From an uncultured Aminicenantes bacterium (GTDB taxonomy: Bacteria > Acidobacteriota > Aminicenantia > UBA2199), in contig CBDAFS010000051.1 in NCBI GenBank assembly GCA_965195285.1, positions 1-32,496 on the forward strand: 32,496 nucleotides of DNA, written 5' to 3'. Shown piece by piece: positions 1 through 9,027 of the stretch (positions within the stretch are counted from its first letter, which is position 1; every line of letters starts with the position of its first letter). The notes under the pieces were generated by a model, which did not search any database, was not told the origin of the DNA, and worked only from the letters and a program-made list of their open reading frames with translations. The position numbers and the translations under genes were made by a program.

Positions 1-48
1 TCAAGGAATTTGACAGGAATTAAGCCAAAATTAAACAGAAAATCTTTT

Positions 49-795
49 CTATTTTGTTCTCTTTATTTCAATGGCTTTGAGGTATTTCAGGGCGGTTCCC
101 CATGATGAGACCAGGGCGATGACCAGACCCGGGAAACCGTCAAGTATTCCCATCTTCCAGACATAAAACCTGAGAAAGGTAATGGGTGGCAGCAATACAG
201 CCCTCAAATAGAGACATTTTGTTGACCGGGCAATATCCTGGGCCTGCAGGCGGGAATAGCGGTTGATGCGCTGCAGGTGATCATCCAGGTTCCGGTAGGT
301 GAAATGGATAATATCTCCCCCGATACCCCGTACCTGACCATCCAGCATCAGGCCTTCATGTACCCTTCCCTTCCATCTGCTTTTGGATTTACGGAACAGC
401 CTTAATTTCCGGTCCGGGTACCAGCCGGAATGCCTGATCCATTTTCCCAGGTAATAGGTCTTGCGGTTAATCAGGAAGCCGTCAACCGGAATTTCCTGCT
501 GCATCTTTAATTTCAGAATTTCCTGTTTCAATGATTCCGATATGCGTTCATCGGCATCCAGGTTCAGTACCCAGGGATGTTTGGCTTTGTCAAGAGCCAG
601 ATTCTTCTGGGTGCCATAGTCGGTAAACGGGTTCTGGTAGATTTCACAATTGTAGCGGCGGGCAATTTCCAGGGTGTTATCGGTTGAATACGAGTCCAGT
701 ATCACGATTTCATCCGCAATTTCCGCGACACTCTTCAGGGCATCTTCCAGCCGGTCTTCCTCATTCAGGGTGATGATAACAACAGAAATCTTCAT
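49..795 (-). CDS. Glycosyltransferase family 2 (WaaE/KdtX/LgtF-like LPS beta-1,4-glucosyltransferase)
   Basis: N-terminal ISVVIITLNEE, DSYSTD, LNLDADE (DxD), GWYPDRKLRLFRK, VHE and LDGFPGL are motifs typical of this GT2 subfamily. Confidence 0.88.
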   Translation of the reverse strand: MKISVVIITLNEEDRLEDALKSVAEIADEIVILDSYSTDNTLEIARRYNCEIYQNPFTDYGTQKNLALDKAKHPWVLNLDADERISESLKQEILKLKMQQEIPVDGFLINRKTYYLGKWIRHSGWYPDRKLRLFRKSKSRWKGRVHEGLMLDGQVRGIGGDIIHFTYRNLDDHLQRINRYSRLQAQDIARSTKCLYLRAVLLPPITFLRFYVWKMGILDGFPGLVIALVSSWGTALKYLKAIEIKRTK

Positions 796-801
796 TTTAA
801 A

Positions 802-830
802 AACATACCTGAATACGGTTACATTGTCAA
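802..830 (-). promoter_or_regulatory. sigma70-type promoter for the GT2 gene, probably leaderless
   Basis: Minus strand TTGACA (830-825), 17-nt spacer, TATGTT (807-802); ATG 6 nt further on at 795; no SD. Confidence 0.55.
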
Positions 831-856
831 ATTGACGGTGTTTTTGTGCGTTTTTT

Positions 857-885
857 TTGAAGATTTCCTGTGAATGTATTATAAT
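857..885 (+). promoter_or_regulatory. sigma70-type promoter for 897..2147
   Basis: TTGAAG (857-862), 17-nt spacer, TATAAT (880-885). Confidence 0.6.
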
Positions 886-896
886 CTGTTTGAATC

Positions 897-2147
897 ATGA
901 AAATGCTGAAAAGTAAAGAGCGGAGAGATACTTTCCTGTTGATCACCATGGGGGTTATCTTTATCCTCTTTCTGGTTTACCTGTTTGTCCCCCTGGGCAA
1001 AAAGAGCCCGGAACCGGTTGAAACCGGAACCAAACCGCCTGAGAATAAAAAAAAGAAACCGGTCAATATGTCGAATATCTCCCCCATCACCGGGGGTGTT
1101 TTGGCCGGGTTCAATGGAAGAATTGAAGCTGAACTGGAGGGTGTCCTGGATTTCCTGAAACAATCCCCCCGGCCCTTTCAGAATTATCCGGTTGATGGTT
1201 TGAAATCAGTTCTTTTTTCGGCTGAGGATCAAACCGATACGGACCAGGACCTGTCGCCACTGTTTGAGGTCATCCAAAAAGTACAGCGGATTAATTTTTA
1301 TGATCTCAAGGATATATTTGAATTTGATTTCCCGGAAGGTGTTGACCAAACCCTGATATTCAATTTGTATACTGGCCTGTTCATGCTTAAACTCAGGGAG
1401 GGAAAGCTCATCCGGGAGATCACTGAGTTTCCGGATACCATGTTCAAGAGAATCGTCAATTGCTGGCCTTACCTGCAGATCAACAATGAGATCGAGAAGG
1501 ATTTTCAATCGCTACCGGTTTTGTTTTATTTTTATATGCTGCTTCAGCGGCTGGATATTTTTCCTGCCACCGATGTGGCGGCTTTCTTAAAGGAGAGGAT
1601 CGGTGATATCAGGGATTTATCACCGGGGAAATTGATCGACCAAATCGGTAACTATTTGGGTTTTTCCCGGGATCCCCAGATCTACCGGATGAGCTGGACC
1701 GAGGAAGATTATTTGAATCCCGACGATCATGGAAGCTACGCCAATTTGAAAATAAATACCTATGTTTTTCTGCGCCAGAAATATCTGGTATTCCCGGATT
1801 TTCAAAATACCAAAAACAATAAATGGATCAGGGATTTGAAAAAATCAGATTCCGGGGATATCGAGCTGATCGATTTTCAGCTCTCCGATGAAGATCCGGT
1901 CAAAAACATTCAGATTCAAACCATTTATTATGCGCCGGGAAAGTCCCAATTCATTATCCTCTTGGATCGGCATGATTTTACCGATCAGTCCGGATTTCTG
2001 GGGCGGTTAATCCATCAGCGTTTGCTGGAGGTTCAGCAGTATTTTCTGAGTGTTGATTTTACTTCCCGCTTCAATGCTCCCGGGTCTTTCAAAACAGGGC
2101 TTTTGAATTTCGGGTGTTTTTTAAAAAAGCAGGTTCCGGTCAAATAG
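897..2147 (+). CDS. Hypothetical single-pass membrane-anchored protein
   Basis: 416-aa ORF; basic N-terminus, one hydrophobic helix (FLLITMGVIFILFLVYLFVPL), Pro/Lys linker; no family motif recognised. Confidence 0.7.
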   Translation: MKMLKSKERRDTFLLITMGVIFILFLVYLFVPLGKKSPEPVETGTKPPENKKKKPVNMSNISPITGGVLAGFNGRIEAELEGVLDFLKQSPRPFQNYPVDGLKSVLFSAEDQTDTDQDLSPLFEVIQKVQRINFYDLKDIFEFDFPEGVDQTLIFNLYTGLFMLKLREGKLIREITEFPDTMFKRIVNCWPYLQINNEIEKDFQSLPVLFYFYMLLQRLDIFPATDVAAFLKERIGDIRDLSPGKLIDQIGNYLGFSRDPQIYRMSWTEEDYLNPDDHGSYANLKINTYVFLRQKYLVFPDFQNTKNNKWIRDLKKSDSGDIELIDFQLSDEDPVKNIQIQTIYYAPGKSQFIILLDRHDFTDQSGFLGRLIHQRLLEVQQYFLSVDFTSRFNAPGSFKTGLLNFGCFLKKQVPVK

Positions 2148-2688
2148 TCAGCCGTTCTTTGAAGGGGAGAAAGGTCATAAAGTCGGCATGATGTACGATA
2201 TAAGCTTCGGTTGAACGTTTAACCAGGTCCCCCTCTTTGGCATGGGTGGCAATGATGTGGCAGACTTCCGGGGGGATCTCGCAGGTTTCGGCCAGGCTGA
2301 CACCGGAAAAGGGATGACGGAGATATTTGCCGTAGTTTCCCTGAATCACCTGCCCATCCTGTTTTTCATATTCCAGCAGTTTTCCCACATCTGCCAGTAT
2401 AGCTCCTGCGATTAAAACATTCATGTTGACCGGCAGTTCATTCTTGAAAAAACGGTTCACGGTCTCGCCACTGGCCTTGGAAATATGAACCACGGCTCTT
2501 TTATGATCCATGAAACTGACCTTGATATTTTTTACCAGCAGGGTAAAGGGCATGACCCGGAGGTCATCAGCGTTCAATGCGCTCTTTCCCAGGGCCAGGC
2601 TCCAGGTTTTTGCGGTATTTTCTCTCAAGGTTTCGTCCTTGATCCAATCCAGTTCCGGCCATAATGCGCTAACTTCTTTGTCTATCAT
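2140..2688 (-). CDS. HD/HDIG-superfamily phosphohydrolase-like protein with HD changed to AD
   Basis: H...GAILADVGK...RHPFSG...IIATH...VHHAD pattern; SD AAGGAG upstream. Confidence 0.75.
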   Translation of the reverse strand: MIDKEVSALWPELDWIKDETLRENTAKTWSLALGKSALNADDLRVMPFTLLVKNIKVSFMDHKRAVVHISKASGETVNRFFKNELPVNMNVLIAGAILADVGKLLEYEKQDGQVIQGNYGKYLRHPFSGVSLAETCEIPPEVCHIIATHAKEGDLVKRSTEAYIVHHADFMTFLPFKERLTI

Positions 2689-2790
2689 GTTTTGCTCCTT
2701 GTTATTACCATTTTATAAAATTTCCGCAGGCTTGTAAAGTAATTGAATTGGGTGATGGGTTGTGGTATTTTTATCAGTGCAGGAGGCAAT

Positions 2791-5169
2791 ATGAGAATCC
2801 GATTATCCGTTTTTTTGATCACCATTATGGCAGGCGTTTTTCTGGGGGCCGATTATGAAGTCACCCGGGTGGATTTCCTGTCAGAATACCGACTTGAGGT
2901 GAATGGAGCCGGCCCTCTGCTGGTCAAGTCAGATCCGATCAGAAATAAAATCATTGTGGCCCATACCTATACTTCTTCTGTCTCCTTGATTGACGGCCGG
3001 GATCATTCGGTGCTGAATATACCCATCCGGAGCCGGATCCCCCAGTATCTGAAAGATGAGGCACTGCAAATAGATTCTGCCACCGGCCATATATACCTGA
3101 TTGGAAACCGCTGCCTTCATGTGGTGATCCCGGAGAAAAAAAAGGCAATCACCATTCCCACCAATGATCAGTTTGAAATGGTTGCTATCAATGAGGCCAG
3201 CGGAGATGCCTGTCTGGTGGGAAGATCCAGCCGTAACCTGGTCCTTGTGTCGCTTAAAACCGGAAAAATCAGGACCCTTGCATGGCTGTCTCACCGGGAA
3301 ACCATGGTGAACCTGAATCAGACCCCTCCACCCCCCATTCGCAAGGTGGTCTGGGACCGGAAATCGAATAGCTGGGTGGCGATTGACGGATTCAGTGCCA
3401 GGCTGTTTGTATTCTCCTCTTCCGGGAGGATTTTAAAGGAGAGGAAACTGAAGGTAAAGCCGGGAGTCCGCTGGCATTTTGCGGCATACAATCAAAACAA
3501 CCACTGTCTGTATCTGGTCATCGAAACGGATAAAAGAAAAGTGGTTGAAGCAGTCAAGATAGATATTCGCCGGGGCCGGGATCTGGCTGTAACCCTGCCC
3601 GAATTCAGTGAAGCGGTGGGGATAAACTATAACTCCCATTTGGATGAAGTTTATATTCCCTATGACAATCATCCCAGTGTTCACGTGGTTTCTTTCCGGC
3701 AGGGAGGAAAGGTCAGTGAGATCAAAATACCGGCCTATGGCAATGATGCCTCTGCCATTGATCTGGATAACCAGAAGTTGTTTGTATCCAGCTGGGCCTA
3801 TGGAGAAATCAATGTGCTGGACCTGGGCCAGAGAAAATTAACCAAAAGAATACGGAATCTGGGTATTATTCCCCATATGTTCAGCATGAGTTTTAATCCG
3901 GCCAACCAAAACTTATATATTCCCATTGGGGCCACAGCGGTAAACGGTTCTTTCGGAGCTGCTGTCACCTGCCTGGATACCCGGACCTTTAAAACCAGGA
4001 AAGTGTATACCGGCTGGGCGCCGGTGGATTCAGTGGCCCTGAAAAACCGGGATGGCGTTCTGGTCTTTAATTCCGAGGATTCTTTTGCCGAAGTGCAGCC
4101 GGATGGGAGCTCCCGATTTTTAAGGCTTCCCTGCGATTATCCCGGCCGGGTCGTTACCCTGCCGGACGGCTATATCTGTCTGGCCTATGGTCCCCATCAA
4201 GCTTACTGGCCGGTGGTTTATATCTGGGGGGCCAAGAATGGAATCCTGGGTATCCACCCGGAGACTTTTGAATTCTACGACCGCCGGATCCCCAGGCTGG
4301 CCCAACAGATAGCAGTGGACAGATCAGGGGTTTTGTATGCTCTACAGAACAACTGGGGCCGGGAAAAACAGTTTGTCATTTCCCTTCCCGATGCCATCCG
4401 AAGTCCCAACCAGGGAGATATGCGCTGGGAACTGGATGACATGGTTGTCCGGGAAACCACCCAGAGAATATTGAAATATGATTCCGATCACCACTGGCTG
4501 TATATGGTGAGGGTAGGTGAGAGGGATGATGAAGCCGGTGTCCTGCAAGTCCTGGATCTGAATAGCCGGAAGGTTTTGTTCAGATGCCCGGTGGGATTGA
4601 CTCCGGTTGGTCTTGCTTTCAACCGTAAACGGATTGCGGTCGGTAATTTTGATAGCAACAGCATTACAGTGGTGAATAAAGCCGATTTCAGCATCACCCG
4701 ACTGGAAACCGGAGAAAAACCACTGGATTTGATTTACCGGGGGGATGAATTGGTGGTGATCAATCACCAGGAAAGGACCCTGCAGTTTCCGGGTGGGGAT
4801 TCAGTCAAGTATCCCCTGCCGGGGCCGGGAAGACCGGATGGCCTGTTTGATTCCGGCAAAGAACTGATCCTTACTTCACACAGTTCCGATCGGTTGCAAA
4901 TCCACTCATTTTCGGTTCAGAGCCGGACCTTTCATTTAATCCATGAAGAGCGGTATCCCTATGGTGAAACCAGTTTTGATACCAATAATACGGCCTTTTT
5001 TGTGAGGGGGCAATTTGGAGATGGTCTGTTCAGGATCAATCGAATCTTACAGGACAGCCAGGGCTGTTTGTGGATCAGCGATTTTCTTTCCGGAAAACTT
5101 TTTATCATAAAACCAGAATCTGTGGTCTGCCCGGGGCAGGGTTCGGGTAAAGGTGAATCCGGATATTGA
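2791..5169 (+). CDS. Secreted multi-blade beta-propeller protein (YncE/YVTN-like)
   Basis: Start moved from TTG 2743 to ATG 2791: SD AGGAGG at about 2781, TTGAAT-17-TATTTT promoter at 2743-2771, signal peptide MRIRLSVFLITIMAGVFLGA. Repeats such as VGLTPVGLAF..IAVGNFDSNSITVVN and TGEKPLDL. Confidence 0.7.
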   Translation: MRIRLSVFLITIMAGVFLGADYEVTRVDFLSEYRLEVNGAGPLLVKSDPIRNKIIVAHTYTSSVSLIDGRDHSVLNIPIRSRIPQYLKDEALQIDSATGHIYLIGNRCLHVVIPEKKKAITIPTNDQFEMVAINEASGDACLVGRSSRNLVLVSLKTGKIRTLAWLSHRETMVNLNQTPPPPIRKVVWDRKSNSWVAIDGFSARLFVFSSSGRILKERKLKVKPGVRWHFAAYNQNNHCLYLVIETDKRKVVEAVKIDIRRGRDLAVTLPEFSEAVGINYNSHLDEVYIPYDNHPSVHVVSFRQGGKVSEIKIPAYGNDASAIDLDNQKLFVSSWAYGEINVLDLGQRKLTKRIRNLGIIPHMFSMSFNPANQNLYIPIGATAVNGSFGAAVTCLDTRTFKTRKVYTGWAPVDSVALKNRDGVLVFNSEDSFAEVQPDGSSRFLRLPCDYPGRVVTLPDGYICLAYGPHQAYWPVVYIWGAKNGILGIHPETFEFYDRRIPRLAQQIAVDRSGVLYALQNNWGREKQFVISLPDAIRSPNQGDMRWELDDMVVRETTQRILKYDSDHHWLYMVRVGERDDEAGVLQVLDLNSRKVLFRCPVGLTPVGLAFNRKRIAVGNFDSNSITVVNKADFSITRLETGEKPLDLIYRGDELVVINHQERTLQFPGGDSVKYPLPGPGRPDGLFDSGKELILTSHSSDRLQIHSFSVQSRTFHLIHEERYPYGETSFDTNNTAFFVRGQFGDGLFRINRILQDSQGCLWISDFLSGKLFIIKPESVVCPGQGSGKGESGY

Positions 5170-5194
5170 CTTATTCTCGGTTTTGTGTTATAAA
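5166..5194 (+). promoter_or_regulatory. sigma70-type promoter of the rplU operon
   Basis: TTGACT, 17-nt spacer, TATAAA with TG extended -10. Confidence 0.65.
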
Positions 5195-5223
5195 AAAGAA
5201 GATTTTTAGTTGGAGTAATAAAA

Positions 5224-5751
5224 ATGTTTGCAATTCTCGAAACAGGCGGAAAACAGTACAAAGTTGAAGAAGGCGATATCATCGAAGTGGAACATATTGA
5301 TGAAAATATGATATCCAAGGAGAACCAGGTTAACTTTAAGGAAGTACTGCTGATCAGGAATAACGATCTGTATCTGGGGCAACCTTATGTAGAAAATGGT
5401 AAAATAGAGGCCAGGATTCTGGAAGCATTTAAATCGCCCAAGATCATCATTTTTAAGAAAAAATCAAAAAAGGGATACAAGCGGACCCAGGGTCACCGGC
5501 AGATGCTACACCGCTTAAAAATAGAAAAAATTGAGATTGGCAAGTCCACCGGGCCGAAAGAAACGACAGCGGCACCGAAACATGAGATCAAAACCAGGGC
5601 CAAAAACGGTACTGCAAAACCTTCCAAAACCGGTCCCGCGGTCAAAAAAGTTGTCTCGCCGGCCCCGAAAAAATCCTCAGCCAAGACAGCTCCGAAAAAA
5701 CCCGCACCCCCGAAAAAACCGCCTGCCGCTAAAGGTAAGGAGAAGAAATAA
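5224..5751 (+). CDS. rplU: 50S ribosomal protein L21 with Lys/Ala/Pro-rich C-terminal tail
   Basis: [18 protein letters not shown]...[21 protein letters not shown]. Confidence 0.97.
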   Translation: MFAILETGGKQYKVEEGDIIEVEHIDENMISKENQVNFKEVLLIRNNDLYLGQPYVENGKIEARILEAFKSPKIIIFKKKSKKGYKRTQGHRQMLHRLKIEKIEIGKSTGPKETTAAPKHEIKTRAKNGTAKPSKTGPAVKKVVSPAPKKSSAKTAPKKPAPPKKPPAAKGKEKK

Positions 5752-6002
5752 TGGCACACAAAAAATCAGCCGGAAGTGCTCGAAATGGACGCGACAGCGC
5801 CTCCAAGCGATTGGGGGTAAAGAAGTATGGTGGCGAACAGATTAGTGCCGGTGCGATCATTATCAGACAGCGGGGAACCAAATTCAATCCGGGCAAAAAT
5901 GTGGGCAGGGGAAGGGATGATACACTCTTTGCCCTGATTTCGGGTAATGTCAGATTTTTACAACGCAAAAACAAACGGTTTGTGGAGATTGAACCCAAAT
6001 AG
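5751..6002 (+). CDS. rpmA: 50S ribosomal protein L27
   Basis: [24 protein letters not shown]...[23 protein letters not shown]. Confidence 0.98.
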   Translation: MAHKKSAGSARNGRDSASKRLGVKKYGGEQISAGAIIIRQRGTKFNPGKNVGRGRDDTLFALISGNVRFLQRKNKRFVEIEPK

Positions 6003-6120
6003 TTTTTTGTTTTTCAAGCCAGTTCCCTCTCATTCCCGTTTTGGTCCAAAGCTATCAATAACTGAATTCCTTGAATATAAAGAAGCCGTTTCCTTCAGGG
6101 CTATCGGTAAATTTTAATCG

Positions 6121-7122
6121 ATGTTTGTTGACAGGGCTGTGGTAACCTTTATAGCCGGTGATGGCGGTAATGGCTGTATCAGTTTCCGCCGGGAAAAATT
6201 TGTCCCTAAAGGCGGACCCGATGGAGGTGACGGCGGAGATGGCGGCAGTATCATTTTGATCAGCAAATCGGGAAAACATTCGCTGGTGGACTTTAAATTT
6301 CGGAATATTGTCAGATCTCCCAAAGGCAGACATGGAAGCGGAGCAAAAAAGAGTGGGAAAAATGGTCAAAATGAAATCCTGCCTGTCCCGGACGGCACAG
6401 TGGTTAAAACCTATCCGGATGAAAAATTGATATTTGATTTTGACCGGGAAGCCATTGAATGGGAAGTGGCCCGTGGTGGTAAGGGGGGGCGGGGGAATAT
6501 CCATTTCAAGTCTGCACGCCATCAAACCCCCCGGATCGCCGAACCCGGTGGCAAGGGAGAAACCATAAAGGTGATCCTGGAATTGAAATTGATTGCCTTT
6601 GCCGGACTGGTCGGGCTTCCCAATGCCGGCAAATCTACCCTGATTTCAAAACTCAGTGCTGCTAAACCCAAAATCGCCGATTACCCCTTTACGACTCTAA
6701 TTCCCCATCTCGGGGTGGTTTATAATGGCTATAACAGCCTGGTGATGGCCGATATCCCGGGGATCATTAAAGGCGCCCACCTGGGTGAAGGTATGGGACA
6801 GGATTTTCTGAGACACATCGAGAGAAATAAATTGCTGGTTTTTTTGATTGACCTGTCAGTGGATTCATCCCCTTCACCGCTGGAGACATTTGAAGTCCTT
6901 CGAAATGAACTGAAGTTGTATAAAACCAGTTTAACCGCTAAAAAATTCATGGTGGTGGGCAATAAGATCGACCTGGTCGCTGAGAAAAGCAGGGAGCGCG
7001 TTGATGAATTGAAAAAGTTTTGCAGGCAGATCAAAATCGATTATGTTGAGGTTTCGGCACTGAAGGGTATTAACCTGGATAGCCTCAAAAAAATGATATT
7101 CGGATACTTTCATGAAAAATAA
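6121..7122 (+). CDS. obgE: GTPase ObgE/CgtA, short form without C-terminal extension
   Basis: Gly-rich Obg fold (FRREKFVPKGGPDGGDGG), G1 GLPNAGKS, G2 YPFTT, G3 DIPG, G4 NKID, G5 SA. Confidence 0.97.
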   Translation: MFVDRAVVTFIAGDGGNGCISFRREKFVPKGGPDGGDGGDGGSIILISKSGKHSLVDFKFRNIVRSPKGRHGSGAKKSGKNGQNEILPVPDGTVVKTYPDEKLIFDFDREAIEWEVARGGKGGRGNIHFKSARHQTPRIAEPGGKGETIKVILELKLIAFAGLVGLPNAGKSTLISKLSAAKPKIADYPFTTLIPHLGVVYNGYNSLVMADIPGIIKGAHLGEGMGQDFLRHIERNKLLVFLIDLSVDSSPSPLETFEVLRNELKLYKTSLTAKKFMVVGNKIDLVAEKSRERVDELKKFCRQIKIDYVEVSALKGINLDSLKKMIFGYFHEK

Positions 7123-7753
7123 AATTGGATTATTGGGGGGAACATTCAATCCGGTTCATAACGGGCATATTGAAATCGGTCTGAAGGTTTTAGAGGCCTT
7201 TGATCTGGAACAGATTCTGTATGTCCTGTCGGCAAACCCGCCGCATAAGCAAAGTATTGTCCGCACACCGGCCCGAATCCGTTGGAAAATGCTGGATCGT
7301 GCCCTGGCTCCATTTCCCGGGTTAGTTCCCTGTGATGTTGAAATGAAGCGATCAAGACCGTCCTGGACCATTAAAACCATTCAGATATTGAAAAAAGCCT
7401 ATCCTGAGAAATTGTTTTACTTCATTTCGGGCAGTGAGGGCTTTCTGAAAATCAAAACCTGGAAGAACTACCGCCAACTTCTGCAGTCGGTCTTTTTTAT
7501 TGTACTGTTGAGGAAACTTCCTCATCTCCAGAAAGTGCAGGATTTGCTGATGGCAGAAGATATTCCCTGCTGTCTCAATGCCGAATTCACCCTTGATTTA
7601 CCGGGTGTCTATATTTATGCCTATGAATCTCCACAACTCCAGTTGTCCTCAACCCGGATTCGGAAACGGATCCGCTTAAACCAGCCGGTTGTTCAATTGG
7701 TACCGGAGGAGATCATGAAAATCATAGAGGAGAATAATTTGTATGGATCTTAA
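7112..7753 (+). CDS. nadD: Nicotinate-nucleotide adenylyltransferase
   Basis: GGTFNPVHNGH (HxGH), PPHK, SSTRIR; lies between obgE and rsfS. Confidence 0.93.
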   Translation: MKNKIGLLGGTFNPVHNGHIEIGLKVLEAFDLEQILYVLSANPPHKQSIVRTPARIRWKMLDRALAPFPGLVPCDVEMKRSRPSWTIKTIQILKKAYPEKLFYFISGSEGFLKIKTWKNYRQLLQSVFFIVLLRKLPHLQKVQDLLMAEDIPCCLNAEFTLDLPGVYIYAYESPQLQLSSTRIRKRIRLNQPVVQLVPEEIMKIIEENNLYGS

Positions 7754-8138
7754 CGATTATAAGTTTATCACCGCGGATTTGAAAAAGCGCAAGATCCCCC
7801 CGGTAATCAAACGCGTGGTTTCAATTATTCTGGATAAGAAGGGTGAAAAAACCATTGTATTGAAATTGAAGGGGATAAGTGATATAACTGACTTTATGGT
7901 TATTTGCAACGGGAACTCATCAAGCCAGAACAAAGCCATATCCGATGAGGTCCAGAAACAGTTAAGAAAAGAATACAACCGGAAAGCCTTCGGCGTTGAA
8001 GGGGAAAACAATACCGATTGGATCCTTCTGGATTACATCGATTTTGTAATTCATGTTTTTTCTCCGGAAAACAGAGAAAAATATTCTCTGGAAAAATTAT
8101 GGATGGATGGAAAGAAATATTATTTTTACCGGGATTAA
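7743..8138 (+). CDS. rsfS: Ribosome silencing factor RsfS (Iojap)
   Basis: DKKG, TDFMVICNG, EG...WILLDY.DFVIHVF..E.R..Y.LEKLW. Confidence 0.95.
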   Translation: MDLNDYKFITADLKKRKIPPVIKRVVSIILDKKGEKTIVLKLKGISDITDFMVICNGNSSSQNKAISDEVQKQLRKEYNRKAFGVEGENNTDWILLDYIDFVIHVFSPENREKYSLEKLWMDGKKYYFYRD

Positions 8139-9027
8139 CAATTTAAAAGATCAGAAATCCCTGGGGGTTAAAAAAAAGATTGAAAAAATCGCTGACCTGT
8201 CCACCAATGTGCTGATTTTCGGCGAAACCGGTGTGGGTAAGGATTTTTGGGTTTACTATCTGTCTGAATTCAGTCATTTCAACAACATCCTGAATTTACA
8301 TTGCGGTGATGTTCCGGAAACCCTGCTGGAGAGTGAGTGGTTTGGATACAGGCGCGGCGCCTTTACCGGGGCCAACCGGAATTATGAAGGCAAATGGAAG
8401 CAGGCCGGGGAGGGAATCTTATTTTTAAACCAGATCGATTTGTTGAGCCTCAACTTGCAGTCCCGGCTGTTGAGGATCATTGAGAGAAAAAAATATTTCC
8501 CTCTGGGTTCAAACCGTGAAACCGATATCCCAGCCCGATTTGTTTTTTCAGCCGATGAGGACATCGAAGATAAAGTCAGGAGGGGTGAATTCCGCCAGGA
8601 CCTGTTTTTCAGGATATCATCCTACAAAATCCATGTCCCGCCCCTTAGAGAGAGAAAGAACGATATCCTCCCTCTGGTCTTGTTTTTTGCCAGAAGGGCG
8701 GGGTTGCAGATCAATATTAGCTCTGAAGGCATGAAAAACCTCAAATCATACCGCTGGATTGGCAATATCCGGGAAATTGAAAATTTTATCCACAACCTGT
8801 CTGTGGTCGGATCAAAACTGGATGACGAAGGTATTTACAGCCTGCATCGGCATTCTGGCGATTTGCTGGAGAGCGTGAAGATTTCCGATATGTCTCTATC
8901 TGAAATGGAAAAGGAGTATATTTTATTCCTGTTAAAGAAATACCGCAGCAAGGTAAGGGTGGCCGATATACTGAAGATTTCCAGAAAATCCCTGTACAAT
9001 AAATTGAAAAAATATGAGAATGATTGA
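8107..9027 (+). CDS. Sigma54-interacting AAA+/Fis-HTH regulator with no sensory domain and a degenerate Walker B
   Basis: GETGVGKD (Walker A), ESEWFG..RGAFTGA, FLNQID (Walker B), FRQDLFFRI, PPLRER, WIGNIREIEN, C-terminal ADILKISRKSLYNKLKKY. Start is likely ATG 8107 rather than 8053. Confidence 0.9.
   Translation: MERNIIFTGINNLKDQKSLGVKKKIEKIADLSTNVLIFGETGVGKDFWVYYLSEFSHFNNILNLHCGDVPETLLESEWFGYRRGAFTGANRNYEGKWKQAGEGILFLNQIDLLSLNLQSRLLRIIERKKYFPLGSNRETDIPARFVFSADEDIEDKVRRGEFRQDLFFRISSYKIHVPPLRERKNDILPLVLFFARRAGLQINISSEGMKNLKSYRWIGNIREIENFIHNLSVVGSKLDDEGIYSLHRHSGDLLESVKISDMSLSEMEKEYILFLLKKYRSKVRVADILKISRKSLYNKLKKYEND

Noticed and set aside
2710-2721. Palindrome ATTTTATAAAAT between divergent genes
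   Set aside because: All-A/T low-complexity sequence overlapping a -10 element
2743-2790. TTG start for the beta-propeller gene
   Set aside because: It coincides with the predicted -35 element; the SD and signal peptide support ATG 2791
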